From the NCBI GenBank assembly GCA_903855135.1, contig CAINYB010000027.1, positions 18,679-82,678 on the forward strand: a stretch of 64,000 nucleotides of DNA. The letters are read 5' to 3'. This DNA is from an uncultured bacterium. GTDB lineage: Bacteria > Patescibacteriota > Patescibacteriia > UBA1558 > GWA2-36-10. Positions 1 through 10,261 of the stretch are shown piece after piece. Every line of letters begins with the position of its first letter. The stretch's first letter is position 1. The notes below the pieces were generated by a model, which was given only the letters and a program-made list of their open reading frames with translations, had not been told where the DNA came from and made no database searches. Made by a program: the position numbers and the translations under genes.

Positions 1-417
1 CCAGTTTAGTCTGACGAATTTGTGTTGTGATGTGGATACAAATTCGTACAAACCATCGCTGGTCAGGGGTGCTCTGAAATGGACTTGGCCCAAATCGACC
101 TTGATGCTGTCTGATGTCCACTTGTAGACATGCACGGGTTTCATCGGGTCATGGTTGATGATCCACGCCGACTTCTTGGGGTGTACCTGTCCAGCCCCAA
201 GGACGTTGTCATACTCTCCCATTGAGAGTGTCTGATCGTCAAGCATCAAGCAGAAATCTTCGGCGTCTTGCATCTGCACGAATGCCATGATGGTCGGACC
301 GAGCTTGATCATGCCGATGAAGAGCGAAATGATCGTGACTGCCGCTAGGAATATCCTACCGACATGGATCTTTTTCGGCTCCTTGTAAACACAGTAGGTG
401 TGGGTGGTGGCTTCCAT
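1..417 (-). CDS. Orphan membrane-anchored hypothetical protein, 3' end runs off window (MEATTHTYCVYKEPKKIHVGRIFLAAVTIISLFIGMIKLG...)
   Basis: Not in ORF track. Frame is open from ATG 417 to base 1. GGAGG SD at 424-428; TTGACA-17-TAGTAT promoter at 489-461. Confidence 0.7.
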   Translation of the reverse strand, partial: MEATTHTYCVYKEPKKIHVGRIFLAAVTIISLFIGMIKLGPTIMAFVQMQDAEDFCLMLDDQTLSMGEYDNVLGAGQVHPKKSAWIINHDPMKPVHVYKWTSDSIKVDLGQVHFRAPLTSDGLYEFVSTSQHKFVRLNW

Positions 418-489
418 CTCCATCCTCCGTTGAGTTGTCAAATTTGTGCGATTCAGCTATATACTATCACATTTTAAGCTTTTTGTCAA

Positions 490-512
490 CCCCTTCGACT
501 TCGCTCAGGGCA
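490..512 (+). repeat. Palindromic repeat family C (CCCTTCGACTTCGCTCAGGG)
   Basis: 23-nt exact reverse-complement copy at 62835-62857; variants at 3918, 9434, 31651, 53731. Confidence 0.85.
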
Positions 513-607
513 AAACGCTAAATAAGCCCTTATTTAGCTATAAAACATTGACAAGTCTTGGTTTTTTTGTTAATCTACCATTACTTTTTATAAAATATAA
601 AAAATAT

Positions 608-925
608 ATGTTAGCAGTTATAAAAACCGGTGGAAAACAATATCAAGTCAAGACAGGTGATGTTTTGGCAATCGAAAAGCTACCTAAATCAGTGGCAGGC
701 GACAAGGTGGTTTTTGAGCAAGTTTTGTTATTAGTTGATGACAAAGATAATGTTACTATTGGTAATCCAGTGGTGAAAGATGCTAAAGTAGAAGCTAGCA
801 TTATTAAAAACTATCAAGATAAAAAAGTGACGGTGGTAAAATATAAGGCTAAAACTCGTTATAAGAGAACAGTTGGTCACCGCCAAGAAAAAGCTCAAGT
901 AAAAATTGAAAAAATAATTTCTTAA
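608..925 (+). CDS. rplU: 50S ribosomal protein L21
   Basis: MLAVIKTGGKQYQV...GHRQ motifs; true start is ATG 608, not 446. Confidence 0.97.
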   Translation: MLAVIKTGGKQYQVKTGDVLAIEKLPKSVAGDKVVFEQVLLLVDDKDNVTIGNPVVKDAKVEASIIKNYQDKKVTVVKYKAKTRYKRTVGHRQEKAQVKIEKIIS

Positions 926-956
926 AATAAATCCCCGCACAGCGGGGATTTATTTT
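925..956. terminator. Bidirectional hairpin between convergent rplU and recR
   Basis: AAAATAAATCCCCGC-ACA-GCGGGGATTTATTTT. Confidence 0.75.
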
Positions 957-1001
957 ACGGGTTTTCTTAGTTTATTAAAAATCTCCCCTTGGGGGAGATT
1001 T

Positions 1002-1598
1002 TTATATTTCTTTTCTATTTTCCAAAGCCGAGGATAAAGTAATTTCATCTGTATATTCGATATTAGCTCCCATTGGAATACCGCGAGCTAATTGGCTGAC
1101 TTTGACAGGAAATTTTTTTAAGTCTTTGCTTAGATATGTTTGCGTAGCTTCGCCTTCAAGACTTTGATCTAAAGCTAAAATAATTTCTTTTACTTTATCA
1201 TCTTTGATGCGTTTTTCTAATTCACTGATTTTCAGTCTATCTGGCGTAACACCTTCTAAGGGACTTAATAGACCATTTAAAAGATGATAAGTGCCATGGA
1301 ATTTACCGGTTTTTTCCACTGCTTCGATATCTTGATTATGAGCCACTACACATATGAGTTGTTGATCACGATTTGGATTGCTACAGATATTACACAAGCC
1401 AGCATCAGAAAGATTAAAACATTTTGGACAGAGGTGAATCTGATTATAAGCTTCAGTTAAAGCCTGAGCAAAATCTCGCATATCTTCTTTGCGATGCAAA
1501 AGATCAAAAGCCAAACGGGCAGCGGTCTTTGGACCGATGCCCGGCAATTTATCTAGCTCTGCTATGAGCTTTTGGATGAAGTTTGGCAAGTGTGCCAT
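1002..1598 (-). CDS. recR: Recombination mediator RecR
   Basis: LPGIGPKTAARLA HhH, C4 zinc finger, Toprim EGEAT. Confidence 0.97.
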   Translation of the reverse strand: MAHLPNFIQKLIAELDKLPGIGPKTAARLAFDLLHRKEDMRDFAQALTEAYNQIHLCPKCFNLSDAGLCNICSNPNRDQQLICVVAHNQDIEAVEKTGKFHGTYHLLNGLLSPLEGVTPDRLKISELEKRIKDDKVKEIILALDQSLEGEATQTYLSKDLKKFPVKVSQLARGIPMGANIEYTDEITLSSALENRKEI

Positions 1599-1602
1599 AT
1601 GA

Positions 1603-1896
1603 TTAATTCATGCCAGGAAATTTGAAATCGCCAGATTCTTGCATTTTCATGGCCATTTTTCGCTGGACTTTTTTGGTAGCGTCAGCAAAAGCTTCTTTAA
1701 GATATTTTTCTAAATCAGCTTTATGACTTGGGCTAAGCATTTCACTTTTTAGCTCAAAAGTTTTGATTTCTTGATTGCCATCCATGACCATTTTAACGGC
1801 TTTATTTTCTACTTCGACACTTTCTTTAGCCAACATACTTTTTAAATCATTGGCTTGTTTGCGTAAATCGTTGAATTGTTTTAGTTTATTGAACAT
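1603..1896 (-). CDS. ybaB: YbaB/EbfC nucleoid-associated protein
   Basis: Size, sequence pattern and position upstream of recR. Confidence 0.85.
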   Translation of the reverse strand: MFNKLKQFNDLRKQANDLKSMLAKESVEVENKAVKMVMDGNQEIKTFELKSEMLSPSHKADLEKYLKEAFADATKKVQRKMAMKMQESGDFKFPGMN

Positions 1897-1912
1897 ATTT
1901 TATTATTAATTT

Positions 1913-3331
1913 TTATTCCTCGTTTATATTTTGCCAGCCACTTAAGTTTTCTGGTGGCGGTGTATCTTGAGGGGGTGGAGTATTTGCTCCTTGATGAGTA
2001 CTGGTCATGCTACGGAAAGTGACTTTGTTTTCATCAAAGAATAAAGTGACCATGCCAGTCGGACCATTGCGGTGTTTTTCGATGTGGATTTCAGCCAAAT
2101 GCTTTTCATCTTCTGGACACTCGCGAGATTTATCTTTAGCTTTACGGTAGATAAACATGACGATGTCAGCATCTTGCTCAATGGATCCAGATTCACGCAA
2201 GTCAGCTAGTTTTGGGATAGCCGGTGATCTACTTTCTACGGCACGGGATAGCTGTGACAAAGCAATAACTGGTACATCGATTTCTTTAGCTAATTGTTTG
2301 AGAGAACGAGAAATTTCAGAAATTTCATTGACACGATTTTCTTTATCCCGGCCTTCCATCAGCTGTAAATAGTCGACGATGAGTAAACCTAAGCCATGTT
2401 CCATTTTTAAGCGTCGGGCTTTAGTGCGGATTTCCATGATATTGGAGTTTGCGGAATCATCGATGAAAATCGGCGCTTCAGATAAGACACCCATAGCGCG
2501 ACCAATGCGGGGGAAGTCATCATCTTCTTCTTTGTCTGACAGTTTACCAGTACGCATACGCCACAGGTCCACACCAGCTTCAGCCGCGAGTAATTTATCG
2601 ACTAGCTGTTCTTTAGACATTTCTAAAGAGAATATTCCCACCGACACTTTAGCGCGGATAGCGACATGACGGACCAAGTCTAAAGCAAGAGTTGTTTTAC
2701 CGATAGAAGGACGAGCAGCGAGGATGATGAGATCAGACTTTTGGAAGCCGGATAATAATTTATCTAGATCAGGATAGCCAGTCGGAACACCGCGGACGCC
2801 TTGGCCACCAGATTTATGTAATTCATCGATACGATTAAAAGTTTCACCTAAAATACTTTTGACAGCGACAAAGTTTTGTTTAAGTGAGTGTTGGGAAATT
2901 GCAAAAAGTTTTTGCTCAGCTTTGTCTAGCGTTTTTTCCACATCGTCTTCTTCGGCAAAAGAAAATTCAGCGATTTCGGCAGCGGCTGTTTCTAGCTGAC
3001 GTAAGATAGATTTTTTGCGGATGATATTAGCGTAGTTTTTTACATGCAAAGCATTTGGCACGATGCCGGTCAATTCTGCAATGTATGATTTACCGCCAAT
3101 AGTTTCTAGCTGTTTTTTTTCTGCTAAGCGATTTGAGACTGATAAAATATCCATTGGCTCATGTTGCTCTAGCAAGTCTAAAATAGCTTCGTAGATCAAG
3201 CCATGTTTATTGCTATAAAAATCACTGGGACGCAAAATATCGCCAATTTTAATAATGGCTTCTTTGTCGATCAATAAAGCTCCTAAAAGTGAGCTTTCTG
3301 CTTCTAGATTTTGTGGGGGTAGTTTATCCAT
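1913..3331 (-). CDS. dnaB: Replicative DNA helicase
   Basis: PPQNLEAE, AARPSIGKT, DYLQLM, LRESGSIEQDAD; no intein. Confidence 0.98.
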   Translation of the reverse strand: MDKLPPQNLEAESSLLGALLIDKEAIIKIGDILRPSDFYSNKHGLIYEAILDLLEQHEPMDILSVSNRLAEKKQLETIGGKSYIAELTGIVPNALHVKNYANIIRKKSILRQLETAAAEIAEFSFAEEDDVEKTLDKAEQKLFAISQHSLKQNFVAVKSILGETFNRIDELHKSGGQGVRGVPTGYPDLDKLLSGFQKSDLIILAARPSIGKTTLALDLVRHVAIRAKVSVGIFSLEMSKEQLVDKLLAAEAGVDLWRMRTGKLSDKEEDDDFPRIGRAMGVLSEAPIFIDDSANSNIMEIRTKARRLKMEHGLGLLIVDYLQLMEGRDKENRVNEISEISRSLKQLAKEIDVPVIALSQLSRAVESRSPAIPKLADLRESGSIEQDADIVMFIYRKAKDKSRECPEDEKHLAEIHIEKHRNGPTGMVTLFFDENKVTFRSMTSTHQGANTPPPQDTPPPENLSGWQNINEE

Positions 3332-3390
3332 AGGACCTGTTTTTTGATAAACTTAGCTTAACTTATTTTCCGGCTTTTTTCAAGCTATTT

Positions 3391-3840
3391 TTTAAAGTAC
3401 CCCGCCTATGGCGGGATGCACCTTTTGATTTTTTATTGTTGTGCAAAAAAAGAGCCCCGAAGCACATGCATTCGGGGCCTTGAGGGTTCACTGTGTAGCG
3501 TAGCTACGGTGGATGGTCTTGTTCCGGTTGCATGTCTGCCTCCAGGAAAGAGAGCGAGTCTCTGCCATCTGACGGGATAGTGGGTGGATGTTTGCCAGCA
3601 CATTCACAAAGTCTCTTGGAGCTGTACCATACGGCACTCTTGTCTGATGTTTGGGGCCAGGACAGTCCTTGAAAGCCTTGCTGATGTGTTTACCTCTGGT
3701 CGTCTGCTTTTGAAAAGCAGAATGGAAAGTACGATTTATATATTCTAGCACTTATATGACTTAAGTCAAGATTTAAATACCCCGCCTACGGCAGGATGCA
3801 TTTTTATATTTTTGATTGTCGTGCAAAAAAAGAACCCCGC
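3391..3840. repeat. Imperfect ~70-bp direct repeat (3391-3460 and 3772-3840) flanking a GC-richer unit
   Basis: Both copies read TTTAAA-TACCCCGCCTAyGGCrGGATGCA...ATTGTyGTGCAAAAAAAGArCCCCG. Confidence 0.8.
3488..3740 (-). other. Small transcription unit: short ORF with possible ATC/degenerate start, or ncRNA
   Basis: TTGACT/TAGAAT promoter near 3769-3742; GAGGT SD-like site before ATC AGC AAG; terminator at 3444-3479. Confidence 0.4.
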
Positions 3841-3973
3841 CACAAGTGAGGGTTTAGGGTTTAAAGAAGATAAAATAAATAAAAAACAGCCGTTTGGCTG
3901 ATTACTGGTCGCAGACCATCGTTCGACTTTGCTCACGATCTACGACGAGTGAGCTTTGTGGAACGAAGTCGAG

Positions 3974-4050
3974 TGGTGCGCCCAGCAGGATTCGAACCTG
4001 CGACCGTTTGCTTAAAAGGCAACTGCTCTACCAGGCTGAGCTATAGGCGC
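3974..4050 (-). tRNA. tRNA-Lys(TTT)
   Basis: Cloverleaf, anticodon loop CTTTTAA, GGTTCGAATCC, encoded CCA. Confidence 0.96.
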
Positions 4051-4160
4051 ATGAAATAAAATAAATTGTAAAATTACGTGCTTTATTATAGGCGATATGT
4101 TTATTTGTGTCAAGAAAAGGACCGCCAATCCCGCCATGGGCGGGATTGGCGTAGGATAAA

Positions 4161-5981
4161 TTACATTTTATCAGGTGCTTGGATACCTAAGAAACCTAAG
4201 CCAGTTTTCAAGACTTTTTGACTGACTTGGCAAAGATTTAAGCGGAAATTTTGCTGATTTTTATTTTCAGTTTGTAAGACAGAGTGGAGCTGATAAAAAT
4301 TATTAAAAGTTTTAGCTAATTCAAATAAGTATTGCGTGACTAGGCTAGGATTATATTCTAAGGCTGATTTTTTAATAGTTTCAGGAAAGTTTAATAAAAT
4401 TTTAGCTAGTTTTTTCTCGCTGGCTTCTATTTTAAAATCTAAACTAAAATTGTAGTCAATTTTGTTATTTACTTTAGATAAGATATTTTGAATACGGGCA
4501 TGAGTGTATTGGACAAATGGTCCAGTGTAGCCATCAAAAGAAATGGAAGCTTGGGGATCAAAAATCATGTCTTTTTGCGGATTGACACCCAAGATAAAAA
4601 ATTTCAAAGCTCCCAAGCCAACGGTTTGAGAAATTTCTTCAATACTTGTTTGATCATGACTAATTTGCTTTTCTGCTTGGCTAATTATCTCTTTGGCTTT
4701 TTCTTCCATCTCGATGATCAAGTTATCAGCATCGACGACATTACCCTCACGAGATTTCATTTTGCCATCTGGTAAATTGACCATGCCGTAGGCTAGATGG
4801 TGCAAGTTTTCTGCCCAAGTAAAGCCTAATTTTTTTAAAATTAAAAATAATACTTGGAAATGGTAGTTTTGTTCATTGGCTACCACATAAATCATCTGGT
4901 TAAACTGAACTTCTTGATAACGTTTGTAAGCTACGGCTAAATCTTGGGTGATGTAGACAGAAGTGCCATCAGCACGCAAAACCAGTTTTTCATCTAGTTT
5001 GTCAGCCGTCAAATCTATCCAAACAGAATTATCTTCTTTTTTGAAAAAAATATTTTTGTCTAAACCGATTTTCACTAAATCTTTTCCTAGCAAATAATTT
5101 TCACTTTCATAATAAACTTTATCAAAACTGACGCTAAGATTTTTATAGGTTTCCGCAAAGCCAGCATAAACCCAATCATTCATGGTTTTCCATAAATCTC
5201 TGACAGCTGGATCATTTGCTTCCCATTTGATGAGCATCGCATGTGCTTCTTGCATCAAAGCTGATTGCGCTAAAAATTCATCATTGATTTTTCTTTGTTC
5301 TAATTCTGTTAAAGCCTTGTAGTCAATGTTATTTTTAGCTAAATATTCATCTTTTGCCTTTTTGAGAGCTTGTTCAAACATGACATAGTATTTGCCCACA
5401 AAATGATCACCTTTAGTTTTTGTGCTTTCCGGGGTTTCATTGTTAGCCCACTTTTGCCAAGCGAGCATGCTTTTGATGATGTGGATACCACGATCATTGA
5501 TGATGTTGACAGGAATCACTTCAAAACCACAAGCACGATAAAGATTGACTAAAGTTTGACCTAAGATGTCATTACGCACATGACCTAAATGTTGGGGCTT
5601 ATTAGTATTTGGTCCAGAAAATTCGATCATGATTTTTTGTTTTTTACCAAAATCATGATAGCCAAAGTTTGTTTGGCTATTTATTTCTGCTAAAGCATTT
5701 TTGACAAAATTTTCTGTGGCTAGTTTCAGATTCAAATACGGTCCAGCAAACTCTGCTTGAGAGACTAAATCATCGGCTTGGTATTTTTCCGCTAAAGTTT
5801 TAGCTACTTCGACTGGGTTTTGTTTTAAAAATTTGCCTAATTCAAAACAAGCAAAAGCATAATCACCAAGATTTTCATTTGGTGGTAAGTCTAGCTCCAG
5901 CTGATTTATTGGCCAGTCTATCTGAAAAGCTAAATCAATTTGTTTTTTTAAGTTGGCTTTAATTTGTTCTAAAGTAGTCAT
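4161..5981 (-). CDS. argS: Arginine--tRNA ligase
   Basis: PNTNKPQHLGHVRN (HIGH), KMKSREG, YTHARI. Confidence 0.97.
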   Translation of the reverse strand: MTTLEQIKANLKKQIDLAFQIDWPINQLELDLPPNENLGDYAFACFELGKFLKQNPVEVAKTLAEKYQADDLVSQAEFAGPYLNLKLATENFVKNALAEINSQTNFGYHDFGKKQKIMIEFSGPNTNKPQHLGHVRNDILGQTLVNLYRACGFEVIPVNIINDRGIHIIKSMLAWQKWANNETPESTKTKGDHFVGKYYVMFEQALKKAKDEYLAKNNIDYKALTELEQRKINDEFLAQSALMQEAHAMLIKWEANDPAVRDLWKTMNDWVYAGFAETYKNLSVSFDKVYYESENYLLGKDLVKIGLDKNIFFKKEDNSVWIDLTADKLDEKLVLRADGTSVYITQDLAVAYKRYQEVQFNQMIYVVANEQNYHFQVLFLILKKLGFTWAENLHHLAYGMVNLPDGKMKSREGNVVDADNLIIEMEEKAKEIISQAEKQISHDQTSIEEISQTVGLGALKFFILGVNPQKDMIFDPQASISFDGYTGPFVQYTHARIQNILSKVNNKIDYNFSLDFKIEASEKKLAKILLNFPETIKKSALEYNPSLVTQYLFELAKTFNNFYQLHSVLQTENKNQQNFRLNLCQVSQKVLKTGLGFLGIQAPDKM

Positions 5982-5992
5982 AAATATATTTT

Positions 5993-6082
5993 AACCCCCT
6001 CTGTATCTCCCCCTTCGTAAGGGGGAGAATAAGTTTAAAATTTTGTAGCTCCTCCCCTTGCGAAGGGGAGGACGGGAGGGTA
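5993..6082. repeat. Double-hairpin repeat family B (REP/REPIN-like), unfilled form, in the argS 5' UTR
   Basis: Reverse-complement homolog at 44985-45082; related elements at 33395 and 61211. Confidence 0.85.
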
Positions 6083-6186
6083 TTTTTATATAGCTAATTC
6101 TACTGATATTTAAGAAAAAAATCAAATAAAGAAGCCCCCGGCAGATGCTGGGGGCGTGTTGCGACCATTGTCACTTGTTTGAGAGA

Positions 6187-6570
6187 TTAGGATCGACGAC
6201 GGAGGATTTTGCCGAAGAAATCAGATTTATGTTTCGGTTCATTTTTTTCGTTCAAGCCCACGATCTGCCAGTCCTCGCAGAACGAGAGGTTTGTGTAGCT
6301 GTAGCAGTCAGGTAAGGCTTGGCGAACGCTGGTCCAAAAGAGAATCTCGATCGTTATCAGTTTATCATAAGCCATGTTTTGAAAATGTAAATGGCTATTA
6401 TATTCAGCTGATAGATCGACAAGTAGCCCGAAAAGTGGGCGTAGTTCGATTGGTAATATTCCTATGACTGTGCCTTTTTTAGATACTTGAGTATCGATTG
6501 GACATTCGATCATCATCATGTCGGCATATTCTGCCAGATCCTTTTCTATTTGTTCAAGAAAAGTTTGCAT
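6187..6570 (-). CDS. Orphan hypothetical protein (solo cassette)
   Basis: GGAGGACACCATG start at 6570; TTGACA-17-TACCAT promoter; terminator hairpin at 6134-6156. Confidence 0.7.
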   Translation of the reverse strand: MQTFLEQIEKDLAEYADMMMIECPIDTQVSKKGTVIGILPIELRPLFGLLVDLSAEYNSHLHFQNMAYDKLITIEILFWTSVRQALPDCYSYTNLSFCEDWQIVGLNEKNEPKHKSDFFGKILRRRS

Positions 6571-6767
6571 GGTGTCCTCCAGGTTTTGATGGTTGTTTCC
6601 AAATTGGAAAGAGCGACAGCTTATGGTAGTATAAAATTCATTTTTTGTCAATTCCGCCCCGGTGTCATCCTCGCGTATGCGGGGACCGGGGCGGAATAAA
6701 GAGTTAAATAAAATAAAAATAAAACATTTTCTTGATTAGCAAATTTCTGGTATAATAAAAGTAATTT

Positions 6768-9479
6768 ATGAATCAAGAAAAAACTCTTTGGCATAATTTG
6801 AGCATCGAGGAAACTTTTAAAATTCTTAATAGTAGTAAAAGTGGTTTAAGTAATCAGGAGGCCAAAAAAAGACAAGAAAAATTTGGACAAAATGTTTTGG
6901 CCACTGGAAAAAAGTTTTCTTTGTGGGCTTTGTTTTTTGGGCAATTCAAAAGTGCTTTGGTCTATGTTTTGTTGATAGCGGCTTTGGTGAGTTTGATATT
7001 TAAAGAGTTTGTTGATGCGCAGGTGATTTTAGCAGCTGTGATTTTGAACGTTGTGATTGGTTTTGTGCAAGAAAAAAAAGCCAACTCTTCTTTGGAAAAA
7101 TTAAAATCAGTTGTTAAGCCAGAGGCTTTGGTTTTAAGGGAGGGAAAACAAATCAAAATTTTAAGTCAAGATTTAGTAGCGGGTGATATAGTTTATTTAA
7201 CAGCTGGTGATCGGGTGCCAGCCGACATCAGATTAATTGAGGTGATTGATTTTAAAGTCAACGAAGCTCCTTTGACTGGTGAGTCTTGGCCGCAAGATAA
7301 GCAGGTGAACATTTTAGACAAAGGTACAGTGCTAGCAGAAAGGACGAATTTAGCGCTGATGGGCACTTTGGCAGTCGAAGGGCGGGCCAGTGGTGTAGTA
7401 GTTGATATTTCTCATCAAACAGCTATTGGTAAAATTGCCAGCTTATTAGCAGAAACCAAAGAAGAGCATACACCTTTGCAAAAAAATTTAGACAATTTTG
7501 CTAAAAATATCACCAAAGTCATTGTGATTATCGTGACTTTGATTTTTGTTTTAGGATTATTAGAAGGTCAAGATTGGCTCACGATGTTTAGCGTGGCCGT
7601 AGCTCTAGCGGTTTCGGCTATTCCCGAGGGCCTAGTGATTGGCGTGACCATGATTCTGACTTTGGGCATGCAACGTATTTTAAAACAAAAAGGTTTAGTA
7701 CGTAAATTGCTATCGGCTGAAACTTTGGGCTCTACTACTTTGATTTGTACTGATAAAACTGGCACTTTGACTGAAGGCGAAATGCGAGTGACTAAAATTT
7801 TTACTAACAAACATTTATTAGACTTAAATAGCCAGCTTTTTCGTCAAGCTTTGACTGATCCTGAAATAGTGAAGTTAACAGAGATTGCATTTTTATGTAA
7901 CAATGCGCAAATCGCTAATATTAATTTAGCTCGAGAAGATTGGGAGATTTTGGGTAGCCCGACAGAGAAAGCTTTATTATTATTCGGTGTTTTAAATCAG
8001 GCTAGTCAAAAATTAGTCAAAAGATATCAGCGTAAACAAGAATTGCCTTTTGATTCACGCTATAAATACATGATCACTCGTCATAGCTATGATGATAAAA
8101 ATGATATTTTGTTTATCAAGGGAGCAGTGGAAAAAGTCTTGCAATTTTCTTCTCACTATTTACAGCACGTCAATGCACAAGTTTTAAGTCCGACCAAAAG
8201 TAAAAGTTTTTTACAAGTAAGCACGGATTTGAGTTCGGATGGCTTGCGAGTATTAGCAGCGGCTTATAAACTGATTCCTCGCAAGACTATTGATTTAGCT
8301 GAATATAAAATTAAGCCTAGTGGTTTTGTGTTTACTGGCTTGATGGCTTTATCTGATCCTTTGCGTAAAGATACTAAAGTAACTTTGCAAGCAGCTTTGC
8401 AAGCTGGCATCAAGACTGTGATTATCACTGGTGATAATAAATTTACTGCTCATAAAATCGCCAATGATTTGGATTTACAAGTGAAAATTGAGGATATTAT
8501 TGATGGTGATGATTTATTAAATTTTAGTGATGAGGAACTAGCAAAAAGAATCACAGACATTCAAGTCTATGCTCGTGTCACTTCAGCAGACAAATTACGT
8601 ATTATCAAAGCTTGGCAAAATAGAGGGGAGGTAGTGGCGATGACTGGCGATGGTGTCAATGATGCGCCAGCTTTGAAAGCAGCTGACATCGGCGTGGTAG
8701 TGGCTTCAGGCTCTGATGTAGCCAAAGAAGTGGCAGATTTAGTCTTGTTGGATAACAATTTTAATACTATCGTGTCAGCCATCAAGCAGGGTAGAGTGAT
8801 TTTTGATAATGTCCGTAAAGTTATTTTATATTTATTATCCGATAGTTTTTCTGAGATTATTATCATTTCGGTGGCGATTTTATTTGCTTGGCCACTTCCA
8901 ATTTTGACAGCCCAAATTTTGTGGATAAATTTAGTCGGTGATGGTTTGCCAAATTTAGCCTTGACAGCTGAGCCAGAGGATCCAGATATTTTAGTGGGAC
9001 ATAAACGTAGAAAAGATAAAAATTTATTAAGTTTTGAAAGTAAATTTTTGATTGCCGTGATTTCTATCATTACAGCTTCAGCTAGCTTATTATTGTTTTG
9101 GTTTATTTATCAAAGTACTAGTAATTTAGTCCTAGCGCAAACTGTGGTCTTTACTGCCTTGGGTCTAGACTCTTTATTTTACGTCTTTAGTATTAGAAAT
9201 TTGAAAAAAAATATTTGGCAAAGTAATTTTTTAGTCAATAAATATTTGAATTGGGCAGTTTTATTTGGTTTATTATTGCAAGTTTCTGCTATTTATTTAC
9301 CATTTTTTAATAAAGTTTTGCATACTGTGCCCTTAAGCTGGAGAGAATGGGAAATTATTTTGTTGTTTGTAGTGATCGTGATTTTATCTATCGAATTAAT
9401 TAAAGGTATATTTAATCGTTATTACCAAAAATTATCCTTCGACTTCGCTCAGGATTATTTTTCAAAAAAAATAAAGTAA
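6768..9479 (+). CDS. Cation-transporting P-type ATPase (type IIA, Ca2+-like)
   Basis: TGES, PEGL, DKTGTLT, TGDGVNDAPAL motifs. Confidence 0.95.
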   Translation: MNQEKTLWHNLSIEETFKILNSSKSGLSNQEAKKRQEKFGQNVLATGKKFSLWALFFGQFKSALVYVLLIAALVSLIFKEFVDAQVILAAVILNVVIGFVQEKKANSSLEKLKSVVKPEALVLREGKQIKILSQDLVAGDIVYLTAGDRVPADIRLIEVIDFKVNEAPLTGESWPQDKQVNILDKGTVLAERTNLALMGTLAVEGRASGVVVDISHQTAIGKIASLLAETKEEHTPLQKNLDNFAKNITKVIVIIVTLIFVLGLLEGQDWLTMFSVAVALAVSAIPEGLVIGVTMILTLGMQRILKQKGLVRKLLSAETLGSTTLICTDKTGTLTEGEMRVTKIFTNKHLLDLNSQLFRQALTDPEIVKLTEIAFLCNNAQIANINLAREDWEILGSPTEKALLLFGVLNQASQKLVKRYQRKQELPFDSRYKYMITRHSYDDKNDILFIKGAVEKVLQFSSHYLQHVNAQVLSPTKSKSFLQVSTDLSSDGLRVLAAAYKLIPRKTIDLAEYKIKPSGFVFTGLMALSDPLRKDTKVTLQAALQAGIKTVIITGDNKFTAHKIANDLDLQVKIEDIIDGDDLLNFSDEELAKRITDIQVYARVTSADKLRIIKAWQNRGEVVAMTGDGVNDAPALKAADIGVVVASGSDVAKEVADLVLLDNNFNTIVSAIKQGRVIFDNVRKVILYLLSDSFSEIIIISVAILFAWPLPILTAQILWINLVGDGLPNLALTAEPEDPDILVGHKRRKDKNLLSFESKFLIAVISIITASASLLLFWFIYQSTSNLVLAQTVVFTALGLDSLFYVFSIRNLKKNIWQSNFLVNKYLNWAVLFGLLLQVSAIYLPFFNKVLHTVPLSWREWEIILLFVVIVILSIELIKGIFNRYYQKLSFDFAQDYFSKKIK

Positions 9480-9491
9480 AGTAAAAATTTT

Positions 9492-10220
9492 ATGATTTTT
9501 AAAAACAGTTTTTTTAAAACTAAGAAACAAAATATTTTGATCACCGGTGCAGCCCGTGGCATCGGCTTTAGCACCGCACAATTTTTAGCTAAATCGGGCA
9601 TGAATTTGATTTTGCTAGATTGTAAAAAAGGTCCATGGCAAAAACAAGCCTTAAATTTCGGTTTACAACACAAAGTAAAAGTACAAACTTTTGTTTTAGA
9701 TATTACAAGGGTTGAACAAATTAAAAAATTAGCCAAAAAATTAGCAGCGCAAAAAATTGATGTCGTGATTAATAATGCTGGTGTTTTGAGTGCTCATAAT
9801 CTTTTGACCAATCATAAAGATCAGGAAGTAAGTTTAACTTTGCAAGTGAATTTATTTGGCTTGATCATGATGAGTAAATACTTTATCCCGTTTTTAGAAA
9901 AAACTAATGGCTTGTTGGTCAATATTGCTTCTGGTGCAGGATTAAAAGGTATGGCAGAATTTTCTGTCTATTGTGCTTCAAAGTTCGGCGTCGTTGGTTT
10001 TAGTGAGTCTTTGGCAGAGGAGTTAAAGAAAAAAGTAAAAGTTTTAGTGATTACGCCGGGTGCGACTAATACGGCTTTGTTTAAAAAAGGCTTTGGCGCT
10101 AAGCGCAAAGCTTTGTATCAGCCAGAAGATATTGCTAAAATCATCGGTGAAGCAGTTTTGTATCAACATAAATATAAAACAGGAACAATCATTGATAAGT
10201 GTAAACATTTAGAGCCGTAA
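9492..10220 (+). CDS. SDR family oxidoreductase
   Basis: TGAARGIG, NNAG, YCASK. Confidence 0.93.
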   Translation: MIFKNSFFKTKKQNILITGAARGIGFSTAQFLAKSGMNLILLDCKKGPWQKQALNFGLQHKVKVQTFVLDITRVEQIKKLAKKLAAQKIDVVINNAGVLSAHNLLTNHKDQEVSLTLQVNLFGLIMMSKYFIPFLEKTNGLLVNIASGAGLKGMAEFSVYCASKFGVVGFSESLAEELKKKVKVLVITPGATNTALFKKGFGAKRKALYQPEDIAKIIGEAVLYQHKYKTGTIIDKCKHLEP

Positions 10221-10261
10221 AATAAAAAAAGAGAACGCCCCGGCGATGCCGGGGCGTATTT

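Noticed and set aside
446-607. N-terminal extension of L21 in the ORF track
   Set aside because: It runs through two divergent promoters and a family C repeat (PFDFAQG); L21 homology begins at ATG 608.
1913-3331. Intein in DnaB
   Set aside because: Normal length and continuous motifs.
5982-6125. T-box or Arg leader peptide upstream of argS
   Set aside because: No T-box consensus or Arg-rich ORF; the structure is a dispersed family B repeat also found at 44985.
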